In this document: positions 1-10,254 of the stretch, in pieces
How positions within the stretch are numbered: position 1 is the first letter of the stretch
Layout: each line of letters opens with the position of its first letter
NCBI GenBank assembly: GCA_963765585.1
Contig: CAVXXB010000003.1
Location: 38,025-102,024 of the forward strand
Direction: 5' to 3'
DNA: 64,000 nucleotides
From: Calditrichia bacterium
GTDB taxonomy: Bacteria > Calditrichota > Calditrichia > JAJRVZ01
Notes under the pieces: model-generated
What the model saw: the letters and a program-made list of their open reading frames with translations, nothing else
Told to the model about the DNA's origin: nothing
Database searches by the model: none
Program-made: the position numbers and the translations under genes

Positions 1-599
1 ATTTTTGCACGTATTTTCAGAACTTCGCTATCCGGATAGATCGTATCTTCCGGTTCCATCACTACTTTTGTTTCATCCAACCGGTTTTGCCTGATGTATA
101 ATTTTGCCAGGGCCACCCGCGGTGGAATCCGATCATCATATTTCTCAATTATTTGATTATAAATTATTTCCGCATCAGACATCCTGTCTGTAAGTTCGCT
201 CAATCGGGCCCGTTCCATCATGAAGTCAAAATTATCTGGCTCCTGTTCCAGGGCATTCTGAATATGCTGGTAAGCGGCAGAGAGAAATCCACTCCGTTCG
301 TATATCCTGGCCATGTAAAGATAGCAATACAATGAAGGATTGGGCGAGGCGAGTGATTTTTGAAAATCTGAGAGCGCCGTGGGATAATCTTCCTTTAGAA
401 AATGAAGATATCCCATGTTATAATATTTTAGCGCAGTTGTTTCTTCTGTTTCTTCAATCTTACGCACCGATTCTAACGCAAGATCAATATTTCCCGCCAT
501 CCAGGCCTCTTTTTCAGAGCTTAGGGTTACCGGGCTAAGTAAAAGCTCGGCAGATGCTGTGATGGTGAGAATCAGTACGAAAATAATTATTCGAAGCAC
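1..599 (-). CDS. TPR-repeat protein with N-terminal signal peptide (3'-partial; C-terminus runs off the left edge of the window)
   Basis: The reverse-strand reading frame is open from a GTG at 599..597 to position 1. Translation begins VLRIIIFVLILTITASAELLLSP, a hydrophobic signal-like N-terminus. It continues with TPR-like helical repeats (ALKYYNMGYLHFLKEDYPTALSDFQKSL..., YCYLYMARIYERSGFLSAAYQHIQNALEQEP). It is absent from the ORF track because it is incomplete. Confidence 0.5.
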   Translation of the reverse strand, partial: MLRIIIFVLILTITASAELLLSPVTLSSEKEAWMAGNIDLALESVRKIEETEETTALKYYNMGYLHFLKEDYPTALSDFQKSLASPNPSLYCYLYMARIYERSGFLSAAYQHIQNALEQEPDNFDFMMERARLSELTDRMSDAEIIYNQIIEKYDDRIPPRVALAKLYIRQNRLDETKVVMEPEDTIYPDSEVLKIRAK

Positions 600-614
600 A
601 GGAGTTCCATTTCT

Positions 615-1373
615 TTATTTATCATCCTTGTTAACGACTCTTTCTAAAAATGGCTTAAACAGATCGATAGGAACCGGAAAGATAGTCGTAGAATTATTCT
701 CAGCAGACACTTCACTCAATGTCTGGAGATATCTTAACTGGATTGCAACCGGGTGTTTTTCTATCACGCTGGCTGCCTGAGCCAGTTTTTCCGACGCCTG
801 ATACTCACCAGCTGCATTGATCACTTTCGCTCTTCTCTCCCGTTCAGCTTCGGCCTGTTTTGCCATAGCACGTTTCATTTCTAATGGTAAATCGATATGT
901 TTGACTTCTACCAGAGATACTTTTATTCCCCAGGGATCAGATTGTTTGTCAATGATTTTTTGAAGTTCATTATTTATTTTTTCACGCTCGCTGAGTAGTT
1001 CATCTAACTCAATCTGACCCGCGATACTACGCAATGTCGTCTGTGCCAGCTGGGAAGTGGCAAATAGGTAATTTTCTACCTCAACGATAGCCTTTTCAGG
1101 AATTACGACACGAAAATAGATAACGGCATTCACCTGAACCGATACGTTATCTTTGGTAATTACATCCTGTGGCGGGACATCCATTACCACTGTACGTAAA
1201 CTGGTTTTTACCATCTTATCGATAAACGGAATCAACAGAATTAATCCCGGGCCCTTTGCACCCACCAGGCGTCCCAGACGAAAAATAACACCCCGCTCAT
1301 ACTCTCTCAAAATTCGAACTGCGGAAGCCAGAATCATTATTATGACTATCACAAGACCTATCGTAAAAGGCAT
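615..1373 (-). CDS. SPFH/band-7 (stomatin/prohibitin-like) membrane protein
   Basis: It has an N-terminal TM helix, then the motifs [22 protein letters not shown] and [17 protein letters not shown] typical of the stomatin/QmcA family. It lies immediately downstream of an NfeD gene, the classical nfeD-stomatin pair. Confidence 0.85.
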   Translation of the reverse strand: MPFTIGLVIVIIMILASAVRILREYERGVIFRLGRLVGAKGPGLILLIPFIDKMVKTSLRTVVMDVPPQDVITKDNVSVQVNAVIYFRVVIPEKAIVEVENYLFATSQLAQTTLRSIAGQIELDELLSEREKINNELQKIIDKQSDPWGIKVSLVEVKHIDLPLEMKRAMAKQAEAERERRAKVINAAGEYQASEKLAQAASVIEKHPVAIQLRYLQTLSEVSAENNSTTIFPVPIDLFKPFLERVVNKDDK

Positions 1374-1387
1374 ATCATCCTCCTCAT

Positions 1388-2668
1388 CTAATTAATCGGC
1401 TTTACCTTTATAGTTAAGTGGTTTTCGTCTACAGATTCTACAACAACTTTCTGGCCCTTTTTAATACGGATATCCGTAGTGGCGCGCCAGATTTCCCCAT
1501 GAACCTCAACCGAACCTGATTGAGTTATAGTTTCAAGGGCAATCCCCTCTTCGCCAACCAATCCTTCTCTGCCGGTCGTCGGTTTTTTTCTGAATGTCCG
1601 GACCGCAATACCGACGGCAAAAATGAAAAAAAGCGAAAAAGCGATGGTTGCGCCAACAATTACCTGCCAGCTGATTTGCATAAATGGCAGGGGGCTGTCA
1701 ACTAACATAATTGATCCCAGGACAAGTGAAATAACGCCTCCGATACTTAATATGCCATAACTGGGAATTTTGATCTCCAATAAAAACAATACCGCTGAGA
1801 ATATAATAAATAAAACACCGGCATAGTTAATTGGTATGGTTTGTACAGAAAACAAGAACAATATGATACAAATTCCCCCGACCACACCGGGTAATATCGA
1901 ACCGGGATTATATAATTCCAGTCCCAATCCGGAAATTCCAAGCAGAAATAATATATATAGAATATTCGGATCACTCAGGATGTCAAATAATTTTTGCCGC
2001 CAGTTCATACTATAGGTTATGATGCTGGCATCCTTTGTTTGCAGAACTTTTTTTCCACTCAGGACATCGACTTCCAAGCCATCAATGCGTGCGAGAAGGC
2101 TGTCTACAGTTGGTACGACAAAATCGATGACATTGTTTTCCAGAGCCTCTGATTCTGTAATATTCGCGCTTTCCCTTACTGCTTTCTCGGCCCACTCAAC
2201 ATTCCGCCCTCTTTTTTCAGTGACCGACTTTATGCTGGCAACCGCATCATTAATGACTTTTTCCATCATCACTTCACTGGTATCCTGACTACCGGTAATG
2301 GTTACCGGATGGGCGGAGCCAATATTGGTACCCGGCGCCATTGCGGCAATATGTGCAGCCATGGTAATAAATACACCTGCCGATCCGGCACGCGATCCCG
2401 ATGGCGACACAAACACGGCAACCGGTACTTCTGAGGCCATGATCGCCTTCACAATATCATGCATCGAACTCATCAAGCCTCCGGGTGTATCCATTTCTAT
2501 CACCAATAGTTCGGCATTTGCATTTTCTGCATTCTCGATAGATTCAATAATAAATTCCATGGACACCGGATTGATAACCCCATCAATGGTGATTTTATGG
2601 ACATCTTTTGCCTGTAGGGATAATTGTGCAAAGATGAATAAAAAGGCGGTTAGAAGTATATTTTTCAT
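1388..2668 (-). CDS. NfeD-family membrane-bound ClpP-class serine protease
   Basis: Signal peptide, then a ClpP/SppA-like protease core ([17 protein letters not shown] ... [13 protein letters not shown]). This is followed by multiple TM helices and a C-terminal OB-fold region. Paired with the SPFH gene. Confidence 0.85.
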   Translation of the reverse strand: MKNILLTAFLFIFAQLSLQAKDVHKITIDGVINPVSMEFIIESIENAENANAELLVIEMDTPGGLMSSMHDIVKAIMASEVPVAVFVSPSGSRAGSAGVFITMAAHIAAMAPGTNIGSAHPVTITGSQDTSEVMMEKVINDAVASIKSVTEKRGRNVEWAEKAVRESANITESEALENNVIDFVVPTVDSLLARIDGLEVDVLSGKKVLQTKDASIITYSMNWRQKLFDILSDPNILYILFLLGISGLGLELYNPGSILPGVVGGICIILFLFSVQTIPINYAGVLFIIFSAVLFLLEIKIPSYGILSIGGVISLVLGSIMLVDSPLPFMQISWQVIVGATIAFSLFFIFAVGIAVRTFRKKPTTGREGLVGEEGIALETITQSGSVEVHGEIWRATTDIRIKKGQKVVVESVDENHLTIKVKPIN

Positions 2669-2757
2669 GAGTATTTTTAGTATAATATAATGTTTTAATA
2701 CAGTTTTTTAAATTAGAATTTATACCCTCTAAAGTCAAGCAAATTCAAGGCTGGCAA

Positions 2758-3546
2758 TTACAGCAACCCGGAGTATCTGCCGCCATCCACCTGTATGGTA
2801 TTTCCGGTCATATAACTGGCTGCACCGGAAGCCAGAAAAACTACCAGGGCGGCCAGTTCACCGGGATCGCCGATTTTTTGCAGCGGCACACTTTGTTCCC
2901 ACCCGGCATAGATATCTTCTGCTTTTTCGCCTGCTTCAATCCGTTTTTTGACAATGCGTTCCAGACCATCGGTTTTATGAAAACCGGGGGCCACATTATG
3001 GACGGTAATTCCGTAAGGGCCCAATTCTTTTGACAAAGTTTTGGCCAAACCCACTACCGCAGCGCGCAATGCATTTGAATAAATCAGATTCATAATCGGT
3101 TCTTTAACAGAAATCGAAGTGATATTGATTATACGTCCCCATTTTTGCTCTTTCATTGCCGGAAGGACTGCTTTAACGGCGTGAACAACGCTCATAAACG
3201 TGATGTTAAAATATTTGTGCCATTCATCATCGGTTGTTTCATCAAAGGATTTTACCGGCGGGCCACCCGCATTATTAATCAGAATATCAATCGTTCCCCA
3301 GCGATCAAGAACCGTTTGGATAAATTCCCGGATATCATCTCCTTTTTCCACATCAACTACTTTTGTGATGACTGTTGACCCGGTTTCGGATCTTATCTCC
3401 TCTCCCGCCGCTTCAATCCGGCTTTGATCACTGGAACACATGGCAACTTTGCAACCCTCACGGGCCAGTTCCAGAGCACAGGCTTTACCCAGTCCCTTAC
3501 TGGCAGCAAAAACCACCGCTACTTTATTTTCGATGTTTGTTTTCAT
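2758..3546 (-). CDS. SDR-family oxidoreductase (3-oxoacyl-ACP reductase-like)
   Basis: N-terminal Rossmann motif VAVVFAASKGLGKA and an NNAG motif (ILINNAGG). The length, 262 aa, is typical of classical SDRs. Confidence 0.85.
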   Translation of the reverse strand: MKTNIENKVAVVFAASKGLGKACALELAREGCKVAMCSSDQSRIEAAGEEIRSETGSTVITKVVDVEKGDDIREFIQTVLDRWGTIDILINNAGGPPVKSFDETTDDEWHKYFNITFMSVVHAVKAVLPAMKEQKWGRIINITSISVKEPIMNLIYSNALRAAVVGLAKTLSKELGPYGITVHNVAPGFHKTDGLERIVKKRIEAGEKAEDIYAGWEQSVPLQKIGDPGELAALVVFLASGAASYMTGNTIQVDGGRYSGLL

Positions 3547-3576
3547 GGATTGATCCTCACTTTAAATGATTCAAGA

Positions 3577-3625
3577 TACTGGGTACTGGGTACTGGGTAC
3601 TGGGTACTGGGTACTGGGTACTGGA
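3577..3625. repeat. Perfect heptanucleotide tandem array (TACTGGG)x7, ~30 bp upstream of the SDR start codon
   Basis: Read directly: tactgggtactggg... seven exact 7-nt units. Confidence 0.9.
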
Positions 3626-3784
3626 GTGTAAGCCTTCTCCAAACATATGTCAATACAAGTATCCCTATATCCTATTTTCCTCTTAACCTTCTGGCCTTCA
3701 TTATCAAGATAATAAATCATCAATAATTTGGCCAGCATCTGCATTTTGTATCCAGTGCCCAGTGGCGAGTACCAAGCGCCGAGG

Positions 3785-3833
3785 ATCCTGTATCCTGAAT
3801 CCTGCATCCTGTATCCTGCATCTTGCATCCTGA
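3785..3833. repeat. Heptanucleotide tandem array (ATCCTGN)x7 in the same divergent intergenic region
   Basis: atcctgt atcctga atcctgc atcctgt atcctgc atcttgc atcctga. It is preceded at 3759..3775 by a degenerate reverse-complement copy of the TACTGGG unit (cccagtggcgagtacc). Confidence 0.85.
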
Positions 3834-4038
3834 ACTTAACAAATTCCCTACATATATTGACATATCATAAGTATTTAAATGCATTTTTTATCAATTTGAT
3901 TTCGTTATTTTATAATTTTAGCCGAAGATGGAAATATAGTATCGTGAAATTTATTGTAACCAATTGATATAAAAGGGAGTTATCTTGACTTCATGGTGCT
4001 ATTTTAATACATTTTTAGTTATTTAGTTTTTAAAGTCT

Positions 4039-5172
4039 ATGCTGAAAACAATACAGGAAATTACCAAACATACGTTGTTTAAAGTTGCTCTTGGAATTAC
4101 CTTCCTGGTACTTGCCGGTGCGACGATGATTTCACTTTTTGAAAGTGATGTAAATAGTCAGTTTTCAGCAACAGGCGATGCCATTTGGTGGGCCATTGTA
4201 ACCATGACAACCGTTGGATACGGCGATAAGGTACCGATTACTCCTGGTGGCCGGATGATCGGAATTTTTATCATGTTTTTTGGCATGGCTTTAATTTCAG
4301 TTTTTACAGCCACGGTATCATCCGTTTTTGTTACACGTAAAATAAAAGAGGGCAGAGGTTTGGAAGCTGTCAACTATAAGAACCATCTGGTTTTGTGCGG
4401 CTGGAATTTTAACGGTGAACAGGTGCTGAGTAATCTGCTCAAAGACAAGAAGAAGGCCGGTTCAATTGTATTGATCAATCAACTGCCGGAAGAAACCGTC
4501 AGTGATATTATCAGCAGTTTCCCGGGTTTGAAGATCAAATATGTACGCGGTGATTTCACCAAAGAAGCAATACTCAACCGGGCAAATGTAAAGGGAGCCA
4601 GCGCCGCGATTATTCTTCCTGATATTAACAGCGGATTAAGCGACAACAGTGATGAAAGAACCATTTTAGCGACCCTCTCTCTAAAAGCGATCAATCCCAA
4701 GATTAAAGTGTATGCCCATATTCTGAACCGTGATAACATATCACACCTTCGCAAAGCACATGCAGATGAGGTTTTAGTCAGTGATTCCTATGCTGGATTT
4801 CTGCTGGCGTCTCATGTACTTTCTCCGGGCGTACCGCAAACAGTTGATCTTCTTTTCTCTGAAGATGCTCCATTTAAATTTAAACGCTATGATTTACCGG
4901 CTCAGGAAGCGGGTAAAACCTATGAAAAAATTAAGGAAAAAGTGGAGGCCGGACTTGATGCAATTTGTATTGGATTTGGACGTGAAACTGAAGGGGTTAA
5001 TATTGCGGATATTCTGAGCGATGATTATTCATACCTCGATCAGTTTATTAAAACCAAATTCGAGCAGGCGGGCCGGGGTATTAGCGAGAAGAGTAAAATC
5101 AATGTTCGAATCAATCCGGATTCTGAAACGATATTAGAAGAAAAAGACTTTCTGATTGTAATCGGAGCATAA
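4039..5172 (+). CDS. Potassium channel with C-terminal RCK/TrkA-N domain
   Basis: TM helices plus the K+ selectivity filter TTVGYGD. Then a Rossmann-like RCK domain (LVLCGWNFNGEQVL ... ILPDINSG). Confidence 0.8.
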   Translation: MLKTIQEITKHTLFKVALGITFLVLAGATMISLFESDVNSQFSATGDAIWWAIVTMTTVGYGDKVPITPGGRMIGIFIMFFGMALISVFTATVSSVFVTRKIKEGRGLEAVNYKNHLVLCGWNFNGEQVLSNLLKDKKKAGSIVLINQLPEETVSDIISSFPGLKIKYVRGDFTKEAILNRANVKGASAAIILPDINSGLSDNSDERTILATLSLKAINPKIKVYAHILNRDNISHLRKAHADEVLVSDSYAGFLLASHVLSPGVPQTVDLLFSEDAPFKFKRYDLPAQEAGKTYEKIKEKVEAGLDAICIGFGRETEGVNIADILSDDYSYLDQFIKTKFEQAGRGISEKSKINVRINPDSETILEEKDFLIVIGA

Positions 5173-5181
5173 AGGATAGAG

Positions 5182-5709
5182 ATGGCTAAGGCAAGTTTAA
5201 AAATACAATTACCATATTTTAAAAAGGTTCTTTTATTTAAAGATCTGTTTGATGAGCAGATATCTGAGCTTATTGAGGTGATGAATACCCGGATGTATGC
5301 GGAGGGAGACTGGCTGGCCAAAGAAGGTGCGCGTGAAGATTGGCTATTTATTCTTTTAAAGGGCGAAGTCGAAATTTCCAAAAGCCTGTTGATGCCCCTG
5401 TGGGAAAGCGCGGCACAACCGCAACAAAAATCACTGGTACGGCTTTCCGAAAAGGATTTTGCATTTTTCGGGGAGATGGCCCTGTTTGAGGATTTTCCGG
5501 AAAGATCTGCGTCAATCCGTGCGCTGAAACCATGTACGGTCGCCATCATTGAGAAAAAAGCCTTGATTAACATTTTGCGACAGAGACCTGAGATGGGAAC
5601 CATCATCTACAAGAATATTGCGACAGTTCTAACAAGAAGACTGGTTAAAGCAAACAAAGATACACTGAAACTGACTACTGCATTTAGTCTTGCCCTGGAA
5701 GGTGAATAA
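5182..5709 (+). CDS. Cyclic-nucleotide-binding (cNMP) domain protein
   Basis: CAP/PKA-type cNMP-binding fold signature (FGEMALFEDFPERSASIRALKPCTVAIIEKKAL). It lies 10 bp downstream of the K+ channel gene. Confidence 0.6.
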   Translation: MAKASLKIQLPYFKKVLLFKDLFDEQISELIEVMNTRMYAEGDWLAKEGAREDWLFILLKGEVEISKSLLMPLWESAAQPQQKSLVRLSEKDFAFFGEMALFEDFPERSASIRALKPCTVAIIEKKALINILRQRPEMGTIIYKNIATVLTRRLVKANKDTLKLTTAFSLALEGE

Positions 5710-7534
5710 ATTGCTTGAGATTGGTGCTTACAAATTCAATAATGAGGTGGAGTATTTCGAATACGTTTTGGAAAAGTATTTTCGTAAGATTCCGCCAATT
5801 CCCACAAATATATATCTGAATCAAAGTAGTGCTTCTGATATTGAGAACCGTGTAAAATTGGCAGATATTTGCCATTTTCCGTCAATAATCAATACTCTGG
5901 CCAGAGATGAAAACTATTATGTCCGCGAGGCAGCCCGCAAGAACGAGTTCTGGGTACTGGTAGGACAATTGCAGGATGTTCTGGGATTCGAAAAACGGGA
6001 ACGTCGTGAATTTGCCCGACAGGAAGTGTTCCGGATCATTGTCGTAATGCTGTTGTTTGAAGACGATTTGGATGTGCTGCGCGAAGTCTTAAGAAATGCA
6101 TCGGTATCTACAAAGATGTTGACACGTTATAATGAATATCTGGAAAAGCGCAGCCATGGTAAACGTGATGAACAAATCCTGATTGAATCCCGCAATATTT
6201 TAGATGAGAAAAAACAACGAATTGTAAAAGTCGCCAATTTACAAAAAGCACGTAAAAATCTGAAAGATGAGCAAAGCCAGAAACTTATTGTAGAAATACT
6301 GGCTGATGTGGATCAGGTAATGCGTAAAGCGGTTCATAATCTGTTACAGGATATTGATCCGGTTGTCTTTTATCACCTGGTGCAGGTCGCTATCAATCAG
6401 GTTTATCAGGATAATATCCTCAGCAAATTTACAGTCTACACTGAATTAATCAACCTGGTTTCCCGCCGCGATGATTTGCGTGTCATAAAAGTAAGTGAAT
6501 TTAAAACAAACGATCCCATCGATTCAGATTTGTCCGGAAAAGATTTAAAAACATACATATTGCAGCTACTCACGCGACACCGGTTGGAACTTCTCGATCA
6601 ATGTCAGGATGATCTGACCAATTTTCAAAGTATTCAATTGCTCACCACCTGTCACTGCGATCCTGATCAAAAAATCAGGAAAGTCGCCGAAAACATTATT
6701 TCACTGGATGATATTTTTGCCCTGGTCAATGATATTTCAACACCACAGGTCGTTTTCAAATCGATTCTCACGATTCTTAGTGAGCATCCCGATGAAAAGG
6801 TTCAAAAACGGGTTAACACCAGTTATCTTGACGAAAGTGAACGTCTCAGAAACAAACTTAAAGAGCTTGAACAAAGTATCACCGCATATTTTGATATCAT
6901 TTTTAATTCGGTCGGTTTTCCGCAGATTAATGAATTTAATGTGTCGATCCAGACCATTGAGCAAGCTGAGCGGACTATCGAACTATTAACATCCAAATTC
7001 CATAAAGACTTGCAAAATCGGATTGAAGAGTCTCAGGCCGCATTTTCTGAGATTAAAAAAGCGATTGAGATGGAGATTTACAACATCAATTCGGATATTT
7101 CACCAGATTGTTTAGAAGATATCAGTTACATAGCCGATTTAACCAAACAGATTATAGCTTTAAAAAACTTCGGAACCCAGGGCATGCGAACTGGTGAACC
7201 AAACGATATCGATATTGATTTGATGAATAAAGCCAACACCATATGGCAAAGTGCGCTGGGACCGTTTCTTGGCCGCATAAAGCATCTTAATGAAATGGTA
7301 AAAATCAAATTTTCTATCCTTGCTCAAAATTTCGAGAAACACGGCTCAATACAGACTGATTTTCTCGAGGTAGTTGAAACATATGAGCAGCAGCATAAAG
7401 ATAAAATTAATTGCAAACTCACCATTGCCTGCAACCAATGTTCAAAAAGAAGTTGTGCCGCCGAGCGATTCCTGAATGAAACAGATTTTTTTATTGAGGA
7501 ATTATTAGATAACTTTATCCCCCAGAAGGAATAG
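5690..7534 (+). CDS. Hypothetical protein (614 aa), possible HEAT-like helical repeats and a Cys-rich C-terminus
   Basis: Long uninterrupted ORF that overlaps the upstream gene by 20 bp. The predicted protein is helical and charged, with a C-terminal CKLTIACNQCSKRSC motif. No family recognised. Confidence 0.5.
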   Translation: MPWKVNKLLEIGAYKFNNEVEYFEYVLEKYFRKIPPIPTNIYLNQSSASDIENRVKLADICHFPSIINTLARDENYYVREAARKNEFWVLVGQLQDVLGFEKRERREFARQEVFRIIVVMLLFEDDLDVLREVLRNASVSTKMLTRYNEYLEKRSHGKRDEQILIESRNILDEKKQRIVKVANLQKARKNLKDEQSQKLIVEILADVDQVMRKAVHNLLQDIDPVVFYHLVQVAINQVYQDNILSKFTVYTELINLVSRRDDLRVIKVSEFKTNDPIDSDLSGKDLKTYILQLLTRHRLELLDQCQDDLTNFQSIQLLTTCHCDPDQKIRKVAENIISLDDIFALVNDISTPQVVFKSILTILSEHPDEKVQKRVNTSYLDESERLRNKLKELEQSITAYFDIIFNSVGFPQINEFNVSIQTIEQAERTIELLTSKFHKDLQNRIEESQAAFSEIKKAIEMEIYNINSDISPDCLEDISYIADLTKQIIALKNFGTQGMRTGEPNDIDIDLMNKANTIWQSALGPFLGRIKHLNEMVKIKFSILAQNFEKHGSIQTDFLEVVETYEQQHKDKINCKLTIACNQCSKRSCAAERFLNETDFFIEELLDNFIPQKE

Positions 7535-7597
7535 TACTTCCTGCCGGAAATTTAAAAATGTTCTTTTTTTATAACACAGGAGTTTTACATTACCTAT

Positions 7598-10246
7598 ATG
7601 GATATACCAAAAATATACGACCCAAAAGCGATTGAGGATAAGTGGTACCAAGTCTGGATCGATAATAATTACTTTGCCGCCAACCCGAATACCGATAAAA
7701 AACCCTATGTGATTGTCATTCCACCGCCTAATGTAACTGCAATTCTGCACGCCGGGCATGCATTTAATAATACAATACAGGATATCTATATCCGGTATAA
7801 ACGGAAACTGGGGTTTGAGACTTTATGGCAACCGGGAACCGATCATGCCGGTATAGCCACGCAAAATGCCGTTGAAAGAAGTCTTGCCGAAAGTAAAATT
7901 TCGCGCCATGATTTAGGGCGGGAAAAATTTGTTGAAAAAGTATGGGAGTGGCGTGAAAAATACGGATCCACGATCATTCACCAGCTGAAAAAACTGGGTT
8001 GCTCCTGTGACTGGTCCCGGGAACGTTTTACCATGGATGAGAACTTGTCCAGGGCAGTAAAAGAGGTTTTTGTTCGTCTTTATGAAAAAGGACTTATTTA
8101 TCAGGGAAAATATATAATAAATTGGTGTCCACGTTGTGCCACGGCTCTGTCCGATGAAGAAGTGGAACACCGTGAGACACACGGACATCTCTGGTATTTT
8201 AAATATCCCAGGAAAGATGGAAAAGGTTATGTAACCGTTGCTACTACCCGGCCGGAAACCATGCTTGGCGATACCGCGGTTGCGGTCAACCCAAATGACG
8301 ACCGCTATAAAGATCTGATCGGTAAGACAATCGTTTTACCACTGATGGACAGAGAAATCCCGGTAATCGCCGATGAGTTCGTTGATCCGGAATTTGGAAC
8401 CGGTGTTGTAAAAGTAACCCCGGCACACGATCCAAATGATTTTTTGATGGGTCAGCGTCATGATCTTGAGCAAATTAATGTCCTGAATCCCGATGGAACT
8501 TTAAATGACCTGGCCGGACAGTTTGCCGGATCCGACAGATTTGTCGGACGCAATCAGGTGGTTCAGGAAATGAAAAAACTGGATCTGCTTGAGGATATCA
8601 AATCACATCATCATAATGTGGGCCATTGTCATCGCTGTAATACGGTTGTGGAACCCTATTTGTCAGAACAATGGTTTGTCAAAGTAGCACCCCTGGCAGA
8701 AAAAGCACTGGATGTTGTCAAAGAGGGAAAGGTAAAACTACATCCACATGATCGCTGGTATAAAACTTACGAGCATTGGATGGAAAACGTACGGGACTGG
8801 TGTATTTCGCGTCAGTTATGGTGGGGACATCGCATCCCGGTATACTATTGTGATGATTGTGGTGAAATGATGGTCCTGCGCGAGACACCCTCTGAATGTT
8901 CAAAATGTAACAGTGCAAAGATCAGACAGGATGAAGATGTGCTGGATACGTGGTTTTCATCATGGTTGTGGCCTTTCTCAACCCAGGGCTGGCCGGATGA
9001 ATCAGCCGATCTGAAATATTTTTATCCAACCGATCTGCTGGTCACAGGTCCGGACATTATCTTCTTTTGGGTAGCGCGTATGATTATGGCCGGTCTGGAA
9101 TTCATGGATGAAATTCCATTCAAAGATGTACTGCTTAATGGTATTGTCAGAGATGAATTCGGACGGAAAATGAGTAAATCTCTGGGCAATGGAATTGATC
9201 CGCTGGAGATGATAGATGAATACAGCGCCGATGCAGTTCGCTTTACCCTGGTCATGCTCAGTTCCGAAGGACAGGATGTCAACGTATCGCAAAATAGTTT
9301 TGAGATCGGGAGGAATTTTTCCAATAAAATCTGGAATGCGTATCGATTCCTTTCCATGCATCTGGAAAATATCGAAAGCGATTATATGCAATATGAGAAA
9401 CATTTTGAGTTATCGGATCGATGGATTCTTAGTAGTTTTTACAAAACAGTTAAGAAGTGCAGCACAAATCTCGACCGATTTAGAGTAAATGATTCACTGA
9501 ATGACATCTATCAGTTTTTCTGGCATGATTACTGCGACTGGTATCTTGAACTGATAAAAAAGCGATTATACCAAAAAGATATACCTGAATCGCATAATAC
9601 GGCCTTGAGTGTGGCAACCTTTATCATGAAAGAAACGATGAATCTGCTGCATCCCTATATTCCGTTCATAACCGAAGAAATCTGGCAATCATTGAATAAT
9701 GCAGAAAATGAGAGCATTGTTACCACAGGCTGGCCTGAGTATAAGAATGAGTTTATAAATGAACAGGCTGAGGAAAATATGGTATTTCTGCAGGAAGCAA
9801 TCAGTGCCTTAAGAAACATCCGGGCAGAGATGAATGTCCCGCCGGGAAAAACAGCCAGTCTATATATTCGCGGAGATGATGCAAAATCATTACTGATACA
9901 AGATAACATTGAATATTTTCAGAGTCTGGCAAAAGTGGATGATATTCATTCCTATTCTGATACCTTGTCGCACAAAGCGACAGCAACCGCGGTTGTTCAG
10001 GGCGCCGAATTATTTCTTCCATTGGCAGAGCTGATCGATGTGGATAAGGAACGTGTTCGTCTCGAAAAAGAAATAACCCGCCTCGAAGGACTGGATAAGA
10101 GTTTCTCGGCAAAACTTGCCAATGAAAAATTTATCAATAATGCGCCGGAGAAAGTAGTTGTTGCCGAACGTGAAAAGCTGACTAATATTCGCCTGGACCT
10201 GGAAAAACTGCGTAATAATTATAATAATTTGCAAAAAGATGATTAA
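7598..10246 (+). CDS. valS: Valine--tRNA ligase
   Basis: Class-I aaRS HIGH-type motif (PPPNVTAILHAGHAFNN), the KMSKSLGN motif, and a C-terminal coiled coil. The 882-aa length fits ValRS. An AGGAG RBS lies upstream. Confidence 0.95.
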   Translation: MDIPKIYDPKAIEDKWYQVWIDNNYFAANPNTDKKPYVIVIPPPNVTAILHAGHAFNNTIQDIYIRYKRKLGFETLWQPGTDHAGIATQNAVERSLAESKISRHDLGREKFVEKVWEWREKYGSTIIHQLKKLGCSCDWSRERFTMDENLSRAVKEVFVRLYEKGLIYQGKYIINWCPRCATALSDEEVEHRETHGHLWYFKYPRKDGKGYVTVATTRPETMLGDTAVAVNPNDDRYKDLIGKTIVLPLMDREIPVIADEFVDPEFGTGVVKVTPAHDPNDFLMGQRHDLEQINVLNPDGTLNDLAGQFAGSDRFVGRNQVVQEMKKLDLLEDIKSHHHNVGHCHRCNTVVEPYLSEQWFVKVAPLAEKALDVVKEGKVKLHPHDRWYKTYEHWMENVRDWCISRQLWWGHRIPVYYCDDCGEMMVLRETPSECSKCNSAKIRQDEDVLDTWFSSWLWPFSTQGWPDESADLKYFYPTDLLVTGPDIIFFWVARMIMAGLEFMDEIPFKDVLLNGIVRDEFGRKMSKSLGNGIDPLEMIDEYSADAVRFTLVMLSSEGQDVNVSQNSFEIGRNFSNKIWNAYRFLSMHLENIESDYMQYEKHFELSDRWILSSFYKTVKKCSTNLDRFRVNDSLNDIYQFFWHDYCDWYLELIKKRLYQKDIPESHNTALSVATFIMKETMNLLHPYIPFITEEIWQSLNNAENESIVTTGWPEYKNEFINEQAEENMVFLQEAISALRNIRAEMNVPPGKTASLYIRGDDAKSLLIQDNIEYFQSLAKVDDIHSYSDTLSHKATATAVVQGAELFLPLAELIDVDKERVRLEKEITRLEGLDKSFSAKLANEKFINNAPEKVVVAEREKLTNIRLDLEKLRNNYNNLQKDD

Positions 10247-10254
10247 AGCGGATT

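Noticed and set aside
2298-2690. 130-codon plus-strand ORF antisense to the NfeD gene
   Set aside because: Shadow ORF inside a well-supported gene.
3571-3828. 85-codon minus-strand ORF (MQDAGYRMQDSGYRILGAWYSPLGTGYK...)
   Set aside because: Its sequence is generated entirely by translating the two heptamer tandem arrays and their spacer. It is periodic and low-complexity, with no RBS.
5040-5606. 188-codon minus-strand ORF overlapping the end of the K+ channel gene and most of the cNMP-binding gene
   Set aside because: Antisense shadow of two well-supported genes. Ser/Arg-rich composition and no family resemblance.
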